Shown here: positions 43,409 through 58,349 of the stretch, in pieces
How the letters are laid out: each line of letters starts with the position of its first letter
Numbering within the stretch: position 1 is the first letter of the stretch
Assembly: GCA_964016885.1 (NCBI GenBank)
Contig: OZ024740.1
Coordinates: forward strand, 346,704,001-346,768,000
Direction of reading: 5' to 3'
Source: Eledone cirrhosa
Lineage: Eukaryota
Length of the DNA: 64,000 nt
The notes under the pieces: generated by a model
The model's database searches: none
Seen by the model: the letters and a program-made list of their open reading frames with translations, nothing else
Told to the model about the DNA's origin: nothing
Position numbers and translations under genes: made by a program

Positions 43409-43452
43409 GTATATATATGTGTGTGTGTGTGTGTATATATATATATAAATTC

Positions 43453-43506
<54 letters not shown>

Positions 43507-43512
43507 ATATAA

Positions 43513-43543
<31 letters not shown>

Positions 43544-43546
43544 AAT

Positions 43547-43592
<46 letters not shown>

Positions 43593-44135
43593 CCATAAAT
43601 ATATATATATATGTATATGTATATGTATGTGTGTGTGTGTGTGTATGTGTATACAGATACGTATATATATTCGTGCCTCTTTCTGTGTGTTAGTGTGTTT
43701 GAAACTGTGTATGGAAGAATTTATCGATATGGTTATGTTCTTTATGAATGTATATACCATAAGATGACACGGTTAATAGATGTTTCAGAAGAATTCGTCA
43801 AATCTCCATCACTTCTTCCACCTGTATAAATATTTAAATAGGTAAACACATCAATTTCTTATGTATTATTTAAATGTGTTTTCGCTGTAACTTTTGAAAT
43901 ATTTTCTTCCCAAATTCACAACAATACAAAATATATGAATCCTATTACATATTTAATAATGTCTTTCGGATAAAAATACTTTTTCTGTCCTTTTCTTCCA
44001 AGTATGTCAATAAATATCTATGTACACATACGCATACAAAGATGCGGTTCATTTATACATGTATGTACATGCAATCTCTTGTAAACGTACACACACATTC
44101 ACATTTTTATATATGCATATACATATATGCGTATA

Positions 44136-44168
<33 letters not shown>

Positions 44169-44216
44169 GCATACCTATATACATATATATATGTGTATAT
44201 GTATCTGTATATATGT

Positions 44217-44268
<52 letters not shown>

Positions 44269-45759
44269 CATATAAAGAAATATATAAAATATATATATAT
44301 ATATACATATATATATAGGTATATATAAATATATACACACATATATATATGTATGTGTAAACTCGCATATCTGAATTGGTGTCGATTAAGAGTCGGGAGG
44401 CGATCGCCAGATTATTTCTGAGCTGATCGATATCGAAAGAGTGGTAATATGCAATAATGTTTTATAACAAACTGCAAATCAGGCTTCTTATTGTCACACT
44501 ACATTATACATCTGCAAAGTACAGCCGCCTTAAACCTGGAGCGCAACCCAACGAGAGAAGGACCCCGTAACAGCACCCAGTGCTTTGACCAGCGATTCCA
44601 CTTGTAACCACATGTTACTCACGGGATAACCTGTACACACATATATATATATACATATGTATGTATTTTTGTATGCATAGGACGGAAGAACTCATCAGAT
44701 GTGTAATATGTATATGCATATGTATATATATATATATATATGTATGAGTATATGCATGTATATGAGTATATGCATTTATGCATGTGTACGTATATGCGCG
44801 GGGATATAGAAATAATCGGGCTAGATACCCAATCGCGCGGTGAAACCACTGGAAGTGAAGGACTCCTAGCCTTTGTCAGGGCATTCTTCTAGGAGAAGGC
44901 AACTCAGAAAACTGGGATAACTCCGATATAAAGCCTGCGGCTCAGTAGTTACCAAATTTTGATATTTTCTTCTTTTCGGGTTATAGCTACTGTCGCTCAG
45001 AGAGGGGGATTGGCTCAGTGCACAGTCTGTCCTCACTTTAAAAAAATCTTCACACACAGGAATTGCACGATAGAATTAATTAATAATTATTAATAATGTT
45101 AAATTGTGCAATGGCCATACTCGACAACGAGGGGGCAGCCGTCATGTGTGTAAGTAAATGTATGTTCAGTAGATATTGCTTTTGTAAATAGAGGAGCAAG
45201 CAGGAGAAAGCTCTCCACATTCGTAGTTTGTAGTTATGATGGAGATTTACCATAATAATAACATTAACAATGGTGCTGATGTTACATAAATCGGTTATTC
45301 ATAATAATTATTTTAACACTTCACTCATTCATTCCAAGATGTAATTCATGCATTTATTGTTGTTATGAGAACGGTATCCTCAGATGAACACCGATTTTGT
45401 GATATACCGCAGGCAAAAATACACGTACTTCTGTTCGTGCACCCGTTAGACATATAATTTCCTATAGGGTCGTGTTTACATTTTTTTTTTTAATTATAAA
45501 GAGATGTTTATTTTAAAAATAAAATCTTGTAACAAAAAATTAAAAAAAGGGGAAACAAACGGAAAGAAAGAATAGAGAGATATAGAAAAAAAGGAGGGAA
45601 AGAAAGAACAAAAAGAACAGGAAGGGGAGGGGATGATAAGAGCTCAGTTCTCGCAGAAGAGAGGGGAAGTGTGAAGGTAGAGAGTAATTGGAATTTTGGC
45701 CTTGGGCAAGAAGGCAGAATTGCTGCACCCCGCTGACAAACGGCAAAAGTATTCATCGG

Positions 45760-46120
45760 ACTATGGCCAGTGACAGCCGCTGCAACACCCACCCAACCTC
45801 GTGGGGCTCCTGCTGAGGCGGTCCGCCGACGCTCCAATCTTGCGGAAGAGCTCGGCAGTACGGGGTTCAAGTACACCTGAGGTCTCGACGGCGACCGGTT
45901 CGAAGAGGATGCGGCCTGACGGACCACGGTATTTGTTTATTTTACGTTCTTCTGCGAGGCGGGCTGCGATGCCGTAGTTTGTGGCCAAAGGGACTAAGTT
46001 GGAGGTGGAGAACGTGTCGTAGCAGGTGGCGTCCCAGATGGGAGATCTACCTCCTTTGAATGGGAAGAGGATGATTCCATTGGGGCGCTTGTGGAGCGAA
46101 GTGCTATCGATGTGTCAATT
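45760..46120 (-). mobile_element. CRE-like restriction-like endonuclease fragment
   Basis: KRPNGIILFPFKGGRSPIWDATCYDTFST..AARLAEERKINKYR..FEPVAVETSGVL. Confidence 0.8.
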
Positions 46121-47088
46121 AGTGAGTCTGGACTCATGTAACCCACCACATAACTGGTGTCATGAATTACCAAAAGGATATCCATGTGGTGACCTACACA
46201 AGACAATAAACTATGCGTAGCTAGATTTCAACAGGAGAAAACGCTGAAGAAGAAAACGTTAGGAGGAATTATGTTTTAATATGCATTTATCCAAACGTAT
46301 TTGACTAGATCTAATTATATGGACATATCGAAACATACTAACAAATTTACATCAACAAACTACCAGAGTCACAATATAAACTCTAACAAACTCCTTTATA
46401 ATACGTTTTATTTATAATCACAATTTTATAATGGTTCAGTGGTTATTCTAATGTCATCTCACCCTCGTGATGTATTTGATTTTAAGGTTTTTGTTTTAAT
46501 TCTGCTTTATTACTTTAATCTTTAATCTTTCATCTGTCAATCAACGTATAGTTTCCTGCAACCCTAGAAACAAAATGGTATTTGATGTTTACAGAGACTA
46601 TTTGCTTCGATCTTTCATCAACAGTACTGATAAGCCAATAGCATGTAAGTCATGCATGCCCCACCAGCAATAACATATAATAACAGACATAATCAAACAT
46701 ACACAGAAACACGCAGACACAGACGCACACACAAACACACACACATATATACTCTCAGGTCTTGATTAATCATCCCCTGCCTAATTTATTGATTTTGCTG
46801 ATTTTTTTCCGACCCCGCCGATTATTAAATTTTGCTACTCTATCTCTAGCACAATTTTATTGTAAGTGATTCATATCGATACATCAGCTGGAGAATATAA
46901 TAATAATTTTTATTTTTCATTTAAAAAAAAAGCTTTATATATTATCAAATAATAACATTACAAGAAATCCCATATTTACGAACGCACAATATACAATTGC
47001 CGACCACCGCCCCGCTTATAAGGATTTAAGCAAACGTTAATGCCCACCTATATTTGGGACCCGACAATGTATATATATATATATATAT

Positions 47089-50000
47089 AAAGAAAAAAAG
47101 ATGAAATCGAAAATGCAACTGGAGTCTTATTTTAAAAAATATATATATATTTATTTGGTTCCTTTACCGGTTTCGCAGTTCTTCTGCTTTTCAAAAGTAG
47201 AGTTGAGATGGAGGGTCTTTGGTTTTTCTCACATCTGGTTGGTCTCTGAATATTACTTTTTTTTAATGGAAAAAAGTGGCTCGAAATGCCAAGTTTTTAG
47301 AGAACTAATTTCATTGGTTGGTCAATAAATGTAATAAATTTCACGCCAGTTCGCGTTACAAAGTTCTTCAAACAGGGAGGTGGGGGCACAGGTTGTTTTT
47401 TCATATATGACTGTTTCAATTTCTTTTTACTTAAAAAGGGGGGCTCACGAAGGCTTTTTTTTAATAAACGTAATTTGATTGGTTATAAATGAAATTATGG
47501 CTGTCAATTGAACAAGTTTTCATTAAATTTTCGCGCCCTTATTTGGAAATCTATTGTGTAGCCTTTTTAGAGAATTTTATGACAAGCAAAAGATAATGGT
47601 CAAGAGAAATGGGATGGGAGAATTGTTCTGGTTCAGTGAATATGGTTAGTTCGCTGGGGTGTCAGAATTCAGATTTTCTATTGAAGTAAAGAAAGTGAAG
47701 ATGTGTATGTTTATTTGTGTGCTTGTGTGTGTGTGTGTGTATTGGAAGATGATTATATTAGTAGAAATGGAGGAGGGAGTTGTGTATGTGTGTATATGGG
47801 TGTTGTGTGTGTGTATGAGTATTTTAAGATGGAGACAATATATATATTTTGTGTGTGTGTATATATGTGTGTAGGAAAAGCGATTCTATTAGTAGAAATG
47901 GGGGAGGAAGATTTTTTTTTGGGGGGGGTTATGTGTGTGTATGGGTGTTATGTGTGTGGGAGTATGGTTAGCATGTTAAGATGAAGAGAATATATATATA
48001 TTGTGTGTGTATGTCTTTGTGTAGGAAAATGATTCCTTAATAGGAATATTTTTGAAGGAACATATTTTCCTTACTTATTCGTATGTGTTCTGTTGTATTG
48101 TCAGCACAAACGTATGTTAAGGTTTATTTAGTTCGGGTTTTTATTTTCTAAAGTAGCAGGTGTTATGTGTGTGTGTGTATGTATCTGTTTGGATGGTTAG
48201 CATGTTATGGTGTTGACATAATATATAGAGAAACATCCCAATGAGATACCTGGCAGAATAGAAAAAAGCTTCATCACCGAGGGATTAAAATTCATCTTAC
48301 AGAACAACTTTTTTGATTTCGATGGCAGTACATACAAACAAATATCGGGGACTGCGATGGGTACAAAAGCCGTTCCAACTTATGCCAACTTAGTCATGAC
48401 GTACTTAGAAGTCCAGATATATGAACAGTCCAAATCAAAATACAAATATTTATCAGAGAATTGGAAACGCTACTTGGATGATTGTCTCATTCTTTGGTCC
48501 TACCTACACATTCGACCAACTGAACGATTTCAAAAACTTAATAAACGGCATCAATAACCACATCCAATTCACAATGGAATACAGCCAAGATCAACTCCCA
48601 GTTCCGGACATCTTAATCTTAAAAAAAGACACAAATATTGAAACTGACATACACTACAAGCCAACAGATTCCAAACAATACCTGCTATTCACCTCCGACC
48701 ATCCAAAGCACAAGAAGACGAACATTCCTTTTAACCTAGCAGGAAGAATTTGCACAATTGTCTCCAATTATGAAATGCAAAATAAAAGACTTCAAGAATT
48801 AAAGGAAATTCTACTCGAAAGAGAGTACACACCATTACTAATAAATAATGGAATAGAAAGGGCTAACAGAAACAAATTCAAGGTACGTCCAATATTCTAT
48901 TATATATCACGACACACAACCCAAGAAATGCGGAAGCTTACAACACTATTCACAAGAACATCCCACTAGTAAAACAAATCCCAAGAATGAAAAAAAGCCC
49001 TTGAAACACACAAAATAATCAAAAGCAAAAGACAACCGAAATCACTGAAAACATTACTCACCAATGCCGAATTACCTACCACAAACCCACAACCAAGTGT
49101 CAACAAATGTGGTCGCTCTAATTGTGGAACCTGAACTCACTTCATTGAAGGCAATACGTATACATTTAAAACAAGACAAAATTTTGCTGTAAAAAATCAC
49201 TTCACTTGCTCATCAAAAAATCTACTTTATGCCATTAAATGTAAAGGATGCAATGAAGATTATATAGGACAAACTAAACTCACACTCAGAAACAGAATGA
49301 CAGTTCATCGCCAACAATTACGAGATCCAACCACGAGACAGATACCACTAAGCGCACATCTAGACATATGCGCAGGTAATAAGACACCCAAATTCCAAGT
49401 ATCCCATTTTCCCTTTGCACTAACAATACAACAGAACAAATACGAATAAATAAGAAAAATATGTTTATTCAAAAATATAGACCAGCATTTAATATGGTTT
49501 AATATACATTATCTGAACACCATAACATGCTAACCATCCAAACAGATACATACACACACACATAACACCTGCTACTTTAGAAAATAAAAACCCGAACTAA
49601 ATAAACCTTAACATATGTTTGCGCTGACAATACAACAGAACAAATACGAATAAGTAAGGAAAATATGTTCATTCAAAAATATTCCTACTAAAGGAATCAT
49701 TTTCCTACACACACACATACACAATATATATATATATTCTCTTCATCTTAACATGTTAACCATACTCCCACACACATAACACCCATACACATACACAACC
49801 ACAACTCCCTCCCCCATTTCTACTAATAGAGTCACTTTCCTACACATATATACACACACAAAATATATATATTCTCTCCATCTTAACATACTCCCACACA
49901 CACACACACACACATAACACCCATGTACACACACACACAACTCCCTCCCCCATTTCTACAAATAGAATCATCTTCCAATACACACACACACACACAAGCA

Positions 50001-50689
50001 CACAAATAATCATACACATCTTTACCTTCTTTACTTCAATAGAAAGTCTGAATTCTGACACCCTAGCGAACTAACCATATTCACTGAACCAGAACAATCC
50101 TCCCATCCCATTTCTCTTGACCATTATCTTTTGCTTGTCATAAAATTCTCTAAAAAGGCTACAGAATAGATTTCCAAATAAGGGCGCGGAAATTTAATGA
50201 TAACTTGTTCACATGACAGCCATAATTTCATTTATAACCAATCAAATTACGTTTATTTAAAAAAAAGCCTTCGTGAGCCCCTTTTTTTTTAGGTAAAAAG
50301 AAATTCAAACACTCATATATGAAAAAACAACCTGTGCCCCCCACACTTGTTTGAAGAACTTTGTACGCTAACTGCCGCGAGATGTATTATAATTATTGAC
50401 CAACCAATCAAATTACTTCTCTAAAAACCTGGCATTTCGAGCCACTTTTTTCCATATAAAACAAGTAACATTCAGAGACCAATCAGATGTGAGAAGACCA
50501 CAGACACTCCATCTCAACTCTACTTTTGAAAATCAGAAGAACTGCGAAACCGGTAAAGGAACCAAATAAATATATATATATTTTTTTAAATAAGACTCAA
50601 GTTGCATTTTCGATTTCATATTTTTTTCTTTATACTTTCACTCGTGTAGGACACCTCGGTTATTTTTCATTTTGTAAAAAAAAACTCAC

Positions 50690-50695
<6 letters not shown>
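47089..50695 (+). mobile_element. Neptune-like Penelope element, 5'-truncated, with ~1.1-kb inverted pLTR arms
   Basis: 47089-48214 is the reverse complement of 49516-50634, with RT and GIY-YIG in between. (TA)n lies at both ends. Variant hammerheads are at 47161-47198 (-) and 50523-50559 (+). Confidence 0.9.
48229..49500 (+). pseudogene. PLE RT C-terminal half plus Zn-finger plus GIY-YIG (frameshifted)
   Basis: NNFFDFDGSTYKQISGTAMGTKAVPTYANL, WKRYLDDC, IQFTME, YKPTDSKQYL..SDHPKH, KCGRSNCGT*, NLLYAIKCKGCNEDYIGQTKLTLRNRMTVHR. Confidence 0.9.
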
Positions 50696-50769
<74 letters not shown>

Positions 50770-50999
50770 TGTCGGGTCCCAAATAATAGGTGGGTATTAA
50801 CGTTTGCATAAATCCCTATAAGCGGGGCGGGGGTCGGTAATTGTATATTGTGCGTTCGTAAATATGGGATTTCTTGTAATGTTATTGTTTGGTAATATAT
50901 AGAGCTTTTTTTTTTTAAATGAAAAATAAAATTAATATTATATTCTCCAGCTGATGTATCGATATGAATAAAATAACCTACAATACAATTTCGCCAGAG

Positions 51000-51070
<71 letters not shown>

Positions 51071-51097
51071 TGTATATATACATATATATATATATAT

Positions 51098-51254
<157 letters not shown>

Positions 51255-52061
51255 AATAAATTATACAATTATTGAAGTTGTGTTCAAATCATTTAATAGC
51301 TGACAATCGTTTCTTCCAAACTCACGTTTGGAATCATCGCAGCATTATCAATATTTGCACATATAATTAACCACCTATTCTACTTAACCATAATATAGAT
51401 ACATATAAATTGATGTTGTGAGCAACAGTTTCGTATTTACAGAGTGGAATGGATGTGACATATATTTTACGAGAACTGTACAATAATTTTACAAACATTC
51501 AAGTTCAAATTCAAATTCAAATTAAATTAAAATCAAAAGCATGGAGTGGAATACATGCAACAGATAATACAAGAGAACAGTCCAATCATTAAAGAGGCAT
51601 TGAGAAAGTAGTTTTGAGAAAGGAAGTGTACGTTAACAATTCATATGCAGGCGTGTGGAGAGTGCAACTGCGTTCGTCATATACATGAGAAGGAGAGAAG
51701 CAAAGCTATTATGCATATATAGATGAATAAATACTGCACTTTAAGCAAATATGTTAATGTATTAGAATCTATGGTGGGTGCTGTATGCTGATAGTGTTCG
51801 AATTTGTGTGTGTTGAGAAACATGTGCAAACATTGATAATGCTCAGATGACTCCAAACGTGAGTTTGGAAGAAACGATTGTCAGCTATTAATGATTTGAA
51901 CACAACTTTGATAATTGTATAATTTATTTATTTTCCTGCTCTGTAAAATAACTGATGTTCATACATTGAGCTATTTATCTTACTGGTAATAAGGTACTAA
52001 GAAATTACTGACCTTCCTGTTTATAGTTGTTTATACTATATACATAACTATAAATAGTATT

Positions 52062-52070
<9 letters not shown>
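51255..52070. mobile_element. Fold-back element with degenerate hammerheads
   Basis: 51255-51361 is inverted at 51822-51932. At 51841-51885 it reads gct CAGATGA ctccaaac-gtga-gtttggaa GAAA cgattg TC agc. The tail resembles 24950-25110. Confidence 0.75.
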
Positions 52071-52102
<32 letters not shown>

Positions 52103-53970
52103 AGCAAACAGAAATAAAGAAAACGACACGGTACAATGAAGAAATATATGATTAGTTTTACGCTTGATTATATATAATTTAAAATCTCAGCACAGTTTAG
52201 GTGGACAGACAAGTAAAAAGGAAATAACTATCTATGATAAACTAACTACAGGAGATCACTACAATTTCAACTACTGTAATGTTAATATAGTCTTTACTGG
52301 AGCACCATGGACTGCAACACTACTAGATATTCTGAACATATACGTTAAATAACAGTGTGTCTGTTTGCACACATTTACATATAAAATCTTAAATATGTAA
52401 GTACAGCCTAGGGTGATTCGGAAAAAAAAGAAGATAGCAATGAAATGAGAGTAGTGAGGAATAATTACACTGGAGGAAAGTGAAAAAGGATTTAAAGAAT
52501 TAAACAAATAAATTCAGACGTTACTCCCAAGATGATTCATCCACACGACGTTGACTGATAGTAGAAGATAAGCAGATGTCGAAGAAAGAAGAAATGAGGG
52601 TAGATTTATTGTAGAAATGAAGAGAAATGGTAGAGAAATAGGAAAAGAAAGAATTGTCGCAGGTAGTATATAGTCTATATTCCGATGGAGATCAGAGGTC
52701 TGCGATTGCTAATGTGATAAAACAAGCAGAGGTAACATAATCAGACAACGGTTAACACGGACACATTAGACTCTCTTCAGTTAACTACTGGAGCTTTCTA
52801 ATACTCTCGTGCACCAAAGCTAGTATAATCGCTTTTTGATTAACAACGATTGCAACAGAACAGAGTGAGATGACAAAATTCGTTAAAAATAAGACTGCGC
52901 AGGGCTTTTTGAACTAATTTACACATATGGATTAAACCTGTACATCTAAATGGGATGCGTTTCAGTGAAAACGAAAATCAATGAACAGGGAACAGTATAC
53001 GATAGTTAGCCAATAAACGATAGATATATAGCTACAGGGATTGGTAGACAAAGAAACTAACTAATGAATAGATAAATAGTCAGATATTTACGTAGCTAGT
53101 TTGATAGTTAGGTAGATTTGTAATGTTAATTACACAACATTTATAAAGGCACTTAATACATCTGCGTATCCTCCGACGTGTATCCTCCCCTAATAACTAA
53201 CTTACCCACCGCTCTGGGTCCCGGCAGAAATGATGAAGAATGCATTTCCCTGGAGGAGGCTGAGGTAGACGCGCTAGACCAGACACTCCACCTCACAGGG
53301 CTAACACCGACGTGCAGCCAATATCAGTAAGTAGGGATGTGGTTCGGGCGCCAAAAACGCTTGAAAACTCCGCTGCTACAGACTCTAACACAAACCTATC
53401 CGAGTGCGGCCGATACTTGTACAGTTTGCCCTTTTCGTATTGTTTGTTAGCTGAATGCACAATGTTGCCACGTAATTTGTTGTAACATATTGTGACACCC
53501 CGAACGAGTGGGCCTACTCCCGTGGAACGGGAAGATAGTCATGTCGTCTGGCATTTTGCTATCCCATCGGGCCATCACTGCTAGCTCCAGTTGGGAAAGG
53601 AAGCCTGGACCGTCCAGACCATTCTCTATGATCTCGTTTGGAGTAACATGGGGTCGCAGGCTGCTACCTCTTTAACGGTATGACCAGAGGCTCACAGGCA
53701 CAATGGCCGAGCCTCAGGGAAATACAGATGCACAAGCAATCGGGATCCAGCCGAGTGCCAGTCGCATAGGTAGATTGATAGATCTGGTTGTATTTATTGT
53801 TTGAAGATAGATACAGAGTTAGAAATCTCTAGATATCTGATGTTGGTACACAACGCGAGAGGGAGGAAGATATAAAGAATATTTGATTTCCATGTCAGAG
53901 TTAGCACAATGAGGTTATTAAATAACACTTGTATTTTCTAATTCATATATATATACCATTATGTATGAGT

Positions 53971-54029
<59 letters not shown>

Positions 54030-54039
54030 GAAAGAGAAA

Positions 54040-54276
54040 ACGCTTCTACAGGACGAGAACGGTTTCATTCAAAAGCGAACACCAGGAAAGCTTTCCTAAT
54101 GATTTCTTTTGAATGAAACAGAGCTCGTCCCGTACAATTTATTTTTATATTAAACTAACTTGATGTTTGCACTCTACTTAATATATTGAGTAAGTTAATT
54201 ATTGTGGTTACCCTCAATTGAACCCAGAACTCACATATGTGTGAGTTCCGGCTTCAATTGAGGGTAACCCCAATTA

Positions 54277-54278
<2 letters not shown>
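54040..54278. repeat. Two small fold-backs related to the 2740-3264 family
   Basis: Inverted degenerate hammerhead pair at ~54045-54135 and a hairpin at 54206-54269 (ggttaccctcaattgaa...ttcaattgagggtaacc). Confidence 0.7.
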
Positions 54279-54324
<46 letters not shown>

Positions 54325-54409
54325 AACAATTGAACGGGAACAAAACAGAGAGGCAGTACGAACAAAGGTTTATTAGTTTCACGCTCTATGAGAGTGGGGT
54401 GGTGGTGGG

Positions 54410-54446
54410 GAACGACGTTTCGGGCATAAGCCCTGCTTCAGGTGAA
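54410..54446 (-). ncRNA. Degenerate minimal PLE-type hammerhead
   Basis: The minus strand reads cac CTGAAGcA gggc-ttat-gccc GAAA cg TC g. Confidence 0.55.
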
Positions 54447-54630
54447 AAGTGTGTGGGAAGAGAGTTCCAAGGGTGTGTAGGGGAGTGGTGGAAAGACATA
54501 TAGAAAAATGGGGGTGAGAGGAAACGGTACAAATTAAATTAAATATAAAAGCATGATAAAAATAAAAATAAACATGAAGTAAAACAGGTGGTGGAAGGGT
54601 GTGGGGCGTGTAGGGGTGGAGGTGGGTGGA

Positions 54631-54703
<73 letters not shown>

Positions 54704-55043
54704 TCTTTTATTTGCCACCAATATATATATATATATATATATATATAATGTAGGAGGTGAGTTTTATTGTAGTACAATAAAGCAATGCAGATATCGGATA
54801 AGAAGCACTCGACAGTTTCTAGGACTGGAGTATACACAATATATAAGATCAAAAGAGGGTTAAAAGAGTTCCATGTATTTTATTATGCGCATTTCAAAAA
54901 CAAATATCATCATGCAAAACACAAATATTATGCCCATAATAAAATACATGGAACTCTTTTAACCATCTTTTGATCTTATATATTATATATATATATATAT
55001 ATGTATATACATATATATATATATATGAATATACATATATATT

Positions 55044-55077
<34 letters not shown>

Positions 55078-55493
55078 ATATATTGATATGTATATGTGGG
55101 TGTGTGAGTTTATAGATGTTTATGTGTGTATGTATAACTATACATATGTATATATGAGTGTGCATACATGTATGTATGAACACGTTTACTTATCGCAGCG
55201 TTGAAACGTCATGATTTATATCGTACAAGACTCATTTAGCGTTTTAAATACGTATGGAACTTTTCTAATTTGGATCTAAAATGTCTGTACAGACTCAACG
55301 ACGATATGCGTTTATGTGTAAACGCCTGTTTTCTCGTGCATGCATGTATGCATGGATATATGCATGTATACGTTATGCATGAAAGAAAGCATGTATCTAG
55401 AAATAATCATGAATATATATACATTCTTACACACATAAACAAATACATACGTACATTTACATATAGCTATATACATATATACATGTCTAGATA

Positions 55494-55639
<146 letters not shown>

Positions 55640-56009
55640 AGTTTCTTCTTATCAAATACAATAATCAATTTAATTAAATTTGAACTATTATTTACATTTA
55701 TCCTAAGAGCTACATGATTCATTTTCCATGCATAAGATAAAGTATGTTTTTGATAGAATGTCCTGAAAATGTGGAAGGCATGAATAACAAATGTTGTTTC
55801 CATTGACAATCCTTCACTTCATAGTAGTATTCAATTCAATATATGTACATGATTTAATGGTAATTTCCCTTGTACATGAATTTTTGTTTAATACACACAT
55901 ATGAGAGTATAAACATTCTTTGCGAGATGTGTATAGTTATTATACATAAACACATGCATTAACCGATACACAAAGACACACGCAGACACACACACACACA
56001 CACACGCAC

Positions 56010-56154
<145 letters not shown>

Positions 56155-56158
56155 TATA

Positions 56159-56196
<38 letters not shown>

Positions 56197-56419
56197 TATC
56201 GTTTCTGAATTTGTTTAGCAAGATTCTTTATCTGAAATCGTGTGTTGAAACCGATATTGTTATACTTTGGGAGGGTCATGTTGCCAATAAGAAACACACG
56301 CACCAGTTGCTTTCACTTCAATTTATTATATATTTATAAATTTATAAATTTACGAATCTACAAACTTATAAATTTCTGGTTGGTTGGTTGGTTCCACAAC
56401 CAGATAGTTGTTTATATAT

Positions 56420-56464
56420 AGTCATAGTCCTTTCGTCACACACTCTGTGACCTCTTCAGTGACT
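56420..56464 (-). ncRNA. Minimal type I hammerhead ribozyme
   Basis: Exact mirror of 56494-56538. Confidence 0.85.
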
Positions 56465-56493
56465 GGGGATTCCTTTCTTTGTTTCTGTGCCCC

Positions 56494-56538
56494 AGTCACT
56501 GAAGAGGTCACAGAGTGTGTGACGAAAGGACTATGACT
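56494..56538 (+). ncRNA. Minimal type I hammerhead ribozyme
   Basis: agtca CTGAAGA g gtcaca-gagtg-tgtgac GAAA g-ga-c TA tgact. Confidence 0.85.
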
Positions 56539-57809
56539 ATATATAAACAACTATCTGGTTGTGGAACCAACCAACCAACCAGAAATTTATAAGTTTGTAG
56601 ATTTGTAAATTTATAAATTTATAAATATATAATAAATTGAAGTGAAAGCAACTGGTGCGTGCGTTTCTTATTGGCAACATGACCTTCCCAAAGTATAACA
56701 ATATATAAATATATATACATATATATATATATATACACATAATATTCACATATATACATATATTTAAATATACATAATATATGTCTGTACATGTGGTGTT
56801 CAAGCTGCCAGTAAAATAACACACGCAGATGTTAGGTTTCACTTCTATACATTATTATAATTAATCAGTCTGCTAGTTTAATGTGACCTCCTCAGTGACT
56901 ACATTTGCTGTTATATTGTATCTCTTATTTGTTTTGTCTCACACAAACTCTGTTTTTGTGACCTGTATACTTGGGCTGCGTATGCGTTTCTTGAGGCCCT
57001 AATTTATTTTTTATATAATGTTGGGTCTTATACTAGATACAAACGTTGGCCATTTTTTTAAAGTGCAACAGCTTGAATTTGTTAACTTTGCCTTTCATCC
57101 TTACGGGGTCGATAAAATAAAGTACCAGTAATAAATTGAGAAAATTGCTGGCCTTGTGCCAAAAGTAGAAACAATTATATATATCTGTTGAAACACCATC
57201 TAATGATATATTTTGAGAATGAGCATGAGAGACAACGTTTTATATGTTATCGTTAGAACTACATAGTTAATGTATATTTAACCTTTATTATCATTGAATT
57301 TCGAAAACTCTGAGTATGTCTTTTCTAGAGTAAGGTTTGAAGTGGATTCAGGCTTGAACTTGATGAAGTAAGAACGAAAGACACGTGCAGAAATTATTTG
57401 GATCAGCAACAACATATAACATATATCAATAGTTTAGCACGAGAAAATTCTACAAATTAACAATGTATCACACACACAGACACACACACACATTAACTAA
57501 TACATTAACACTTCAAACAAAGTAAAATAGTTTTTTTTAAACATTTTCTAACCTAGAAAAAATATAAAAATATAAAAGGAAAAACATATATTTTTCTTCC
57601 TAATAATCGTCTTTTTCTCCCTATTTTCATATATATATATAATATGTCCCAAGGCTCTGGTACCATCAACACTATAAACACAGAGCTGGCATATCTAAGA
57701 ACTGACTAACTGCCCCATGAGGTTATAGCCATTGAATGGTTATCATCGAAATATATATAGCAGTAAATAAAGGATTATGAGTTCATGCAATTGACTTATG
57801 TTTCGTCAC

Positions 57810-57914
<105 letters not shown>

Positions 57915-58349
57915 CATAAATATAAACATAAACTATATATATATATATAGTTTTGCGTGGTTTTTTATATGAAATCGTGTGTCGAAACAAATATTGTTAT
58001 ACTTGGGGAGGGTCATATTTGTGTAATAATATTGCCAGAATTAATAACAGTTTTTCTGGGGGTTTACTTTACACATAATACATTTCCTATTAGGACAGTG
58101 GGTTTTCTTAAAAGGGTAGGTTTGCTGATCAGGGTTTTTATGGTGGTACCTGCCTTTTCTACCACCTTAATCTTTAAGTGGGTCTTTCTCAGGGCCTTTC
58201 TACACTGGTTAGCTAATTTCCCTCCAGGGGTAGCGTCCACAAACATGACACTCTGGTATCTCTGGTTGTCGTACCATGAGGTGGCTTTCCCTATTTTATG
58301 TCTAGTCCTATCTAAGCTATTCCATGATTTGCTCCTGTATAATGGGCAC

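Larger units (their letters stand above)
56254..56704. mobile_element. Near-perfect ~450-bp fold-back with two intact hammerheads
   Basis: Arms 56254-56468 and 56490-56704 differ at only a few positions, around a ~21-bp spacer. The terminus resembles the 57950 family. Confidence 0.92.

Noticed and set aside
53150-53770. GC-richer segment, possibly a LINE 3' remnant or exon
   Set aside because: There is no ORF or motif I can support.
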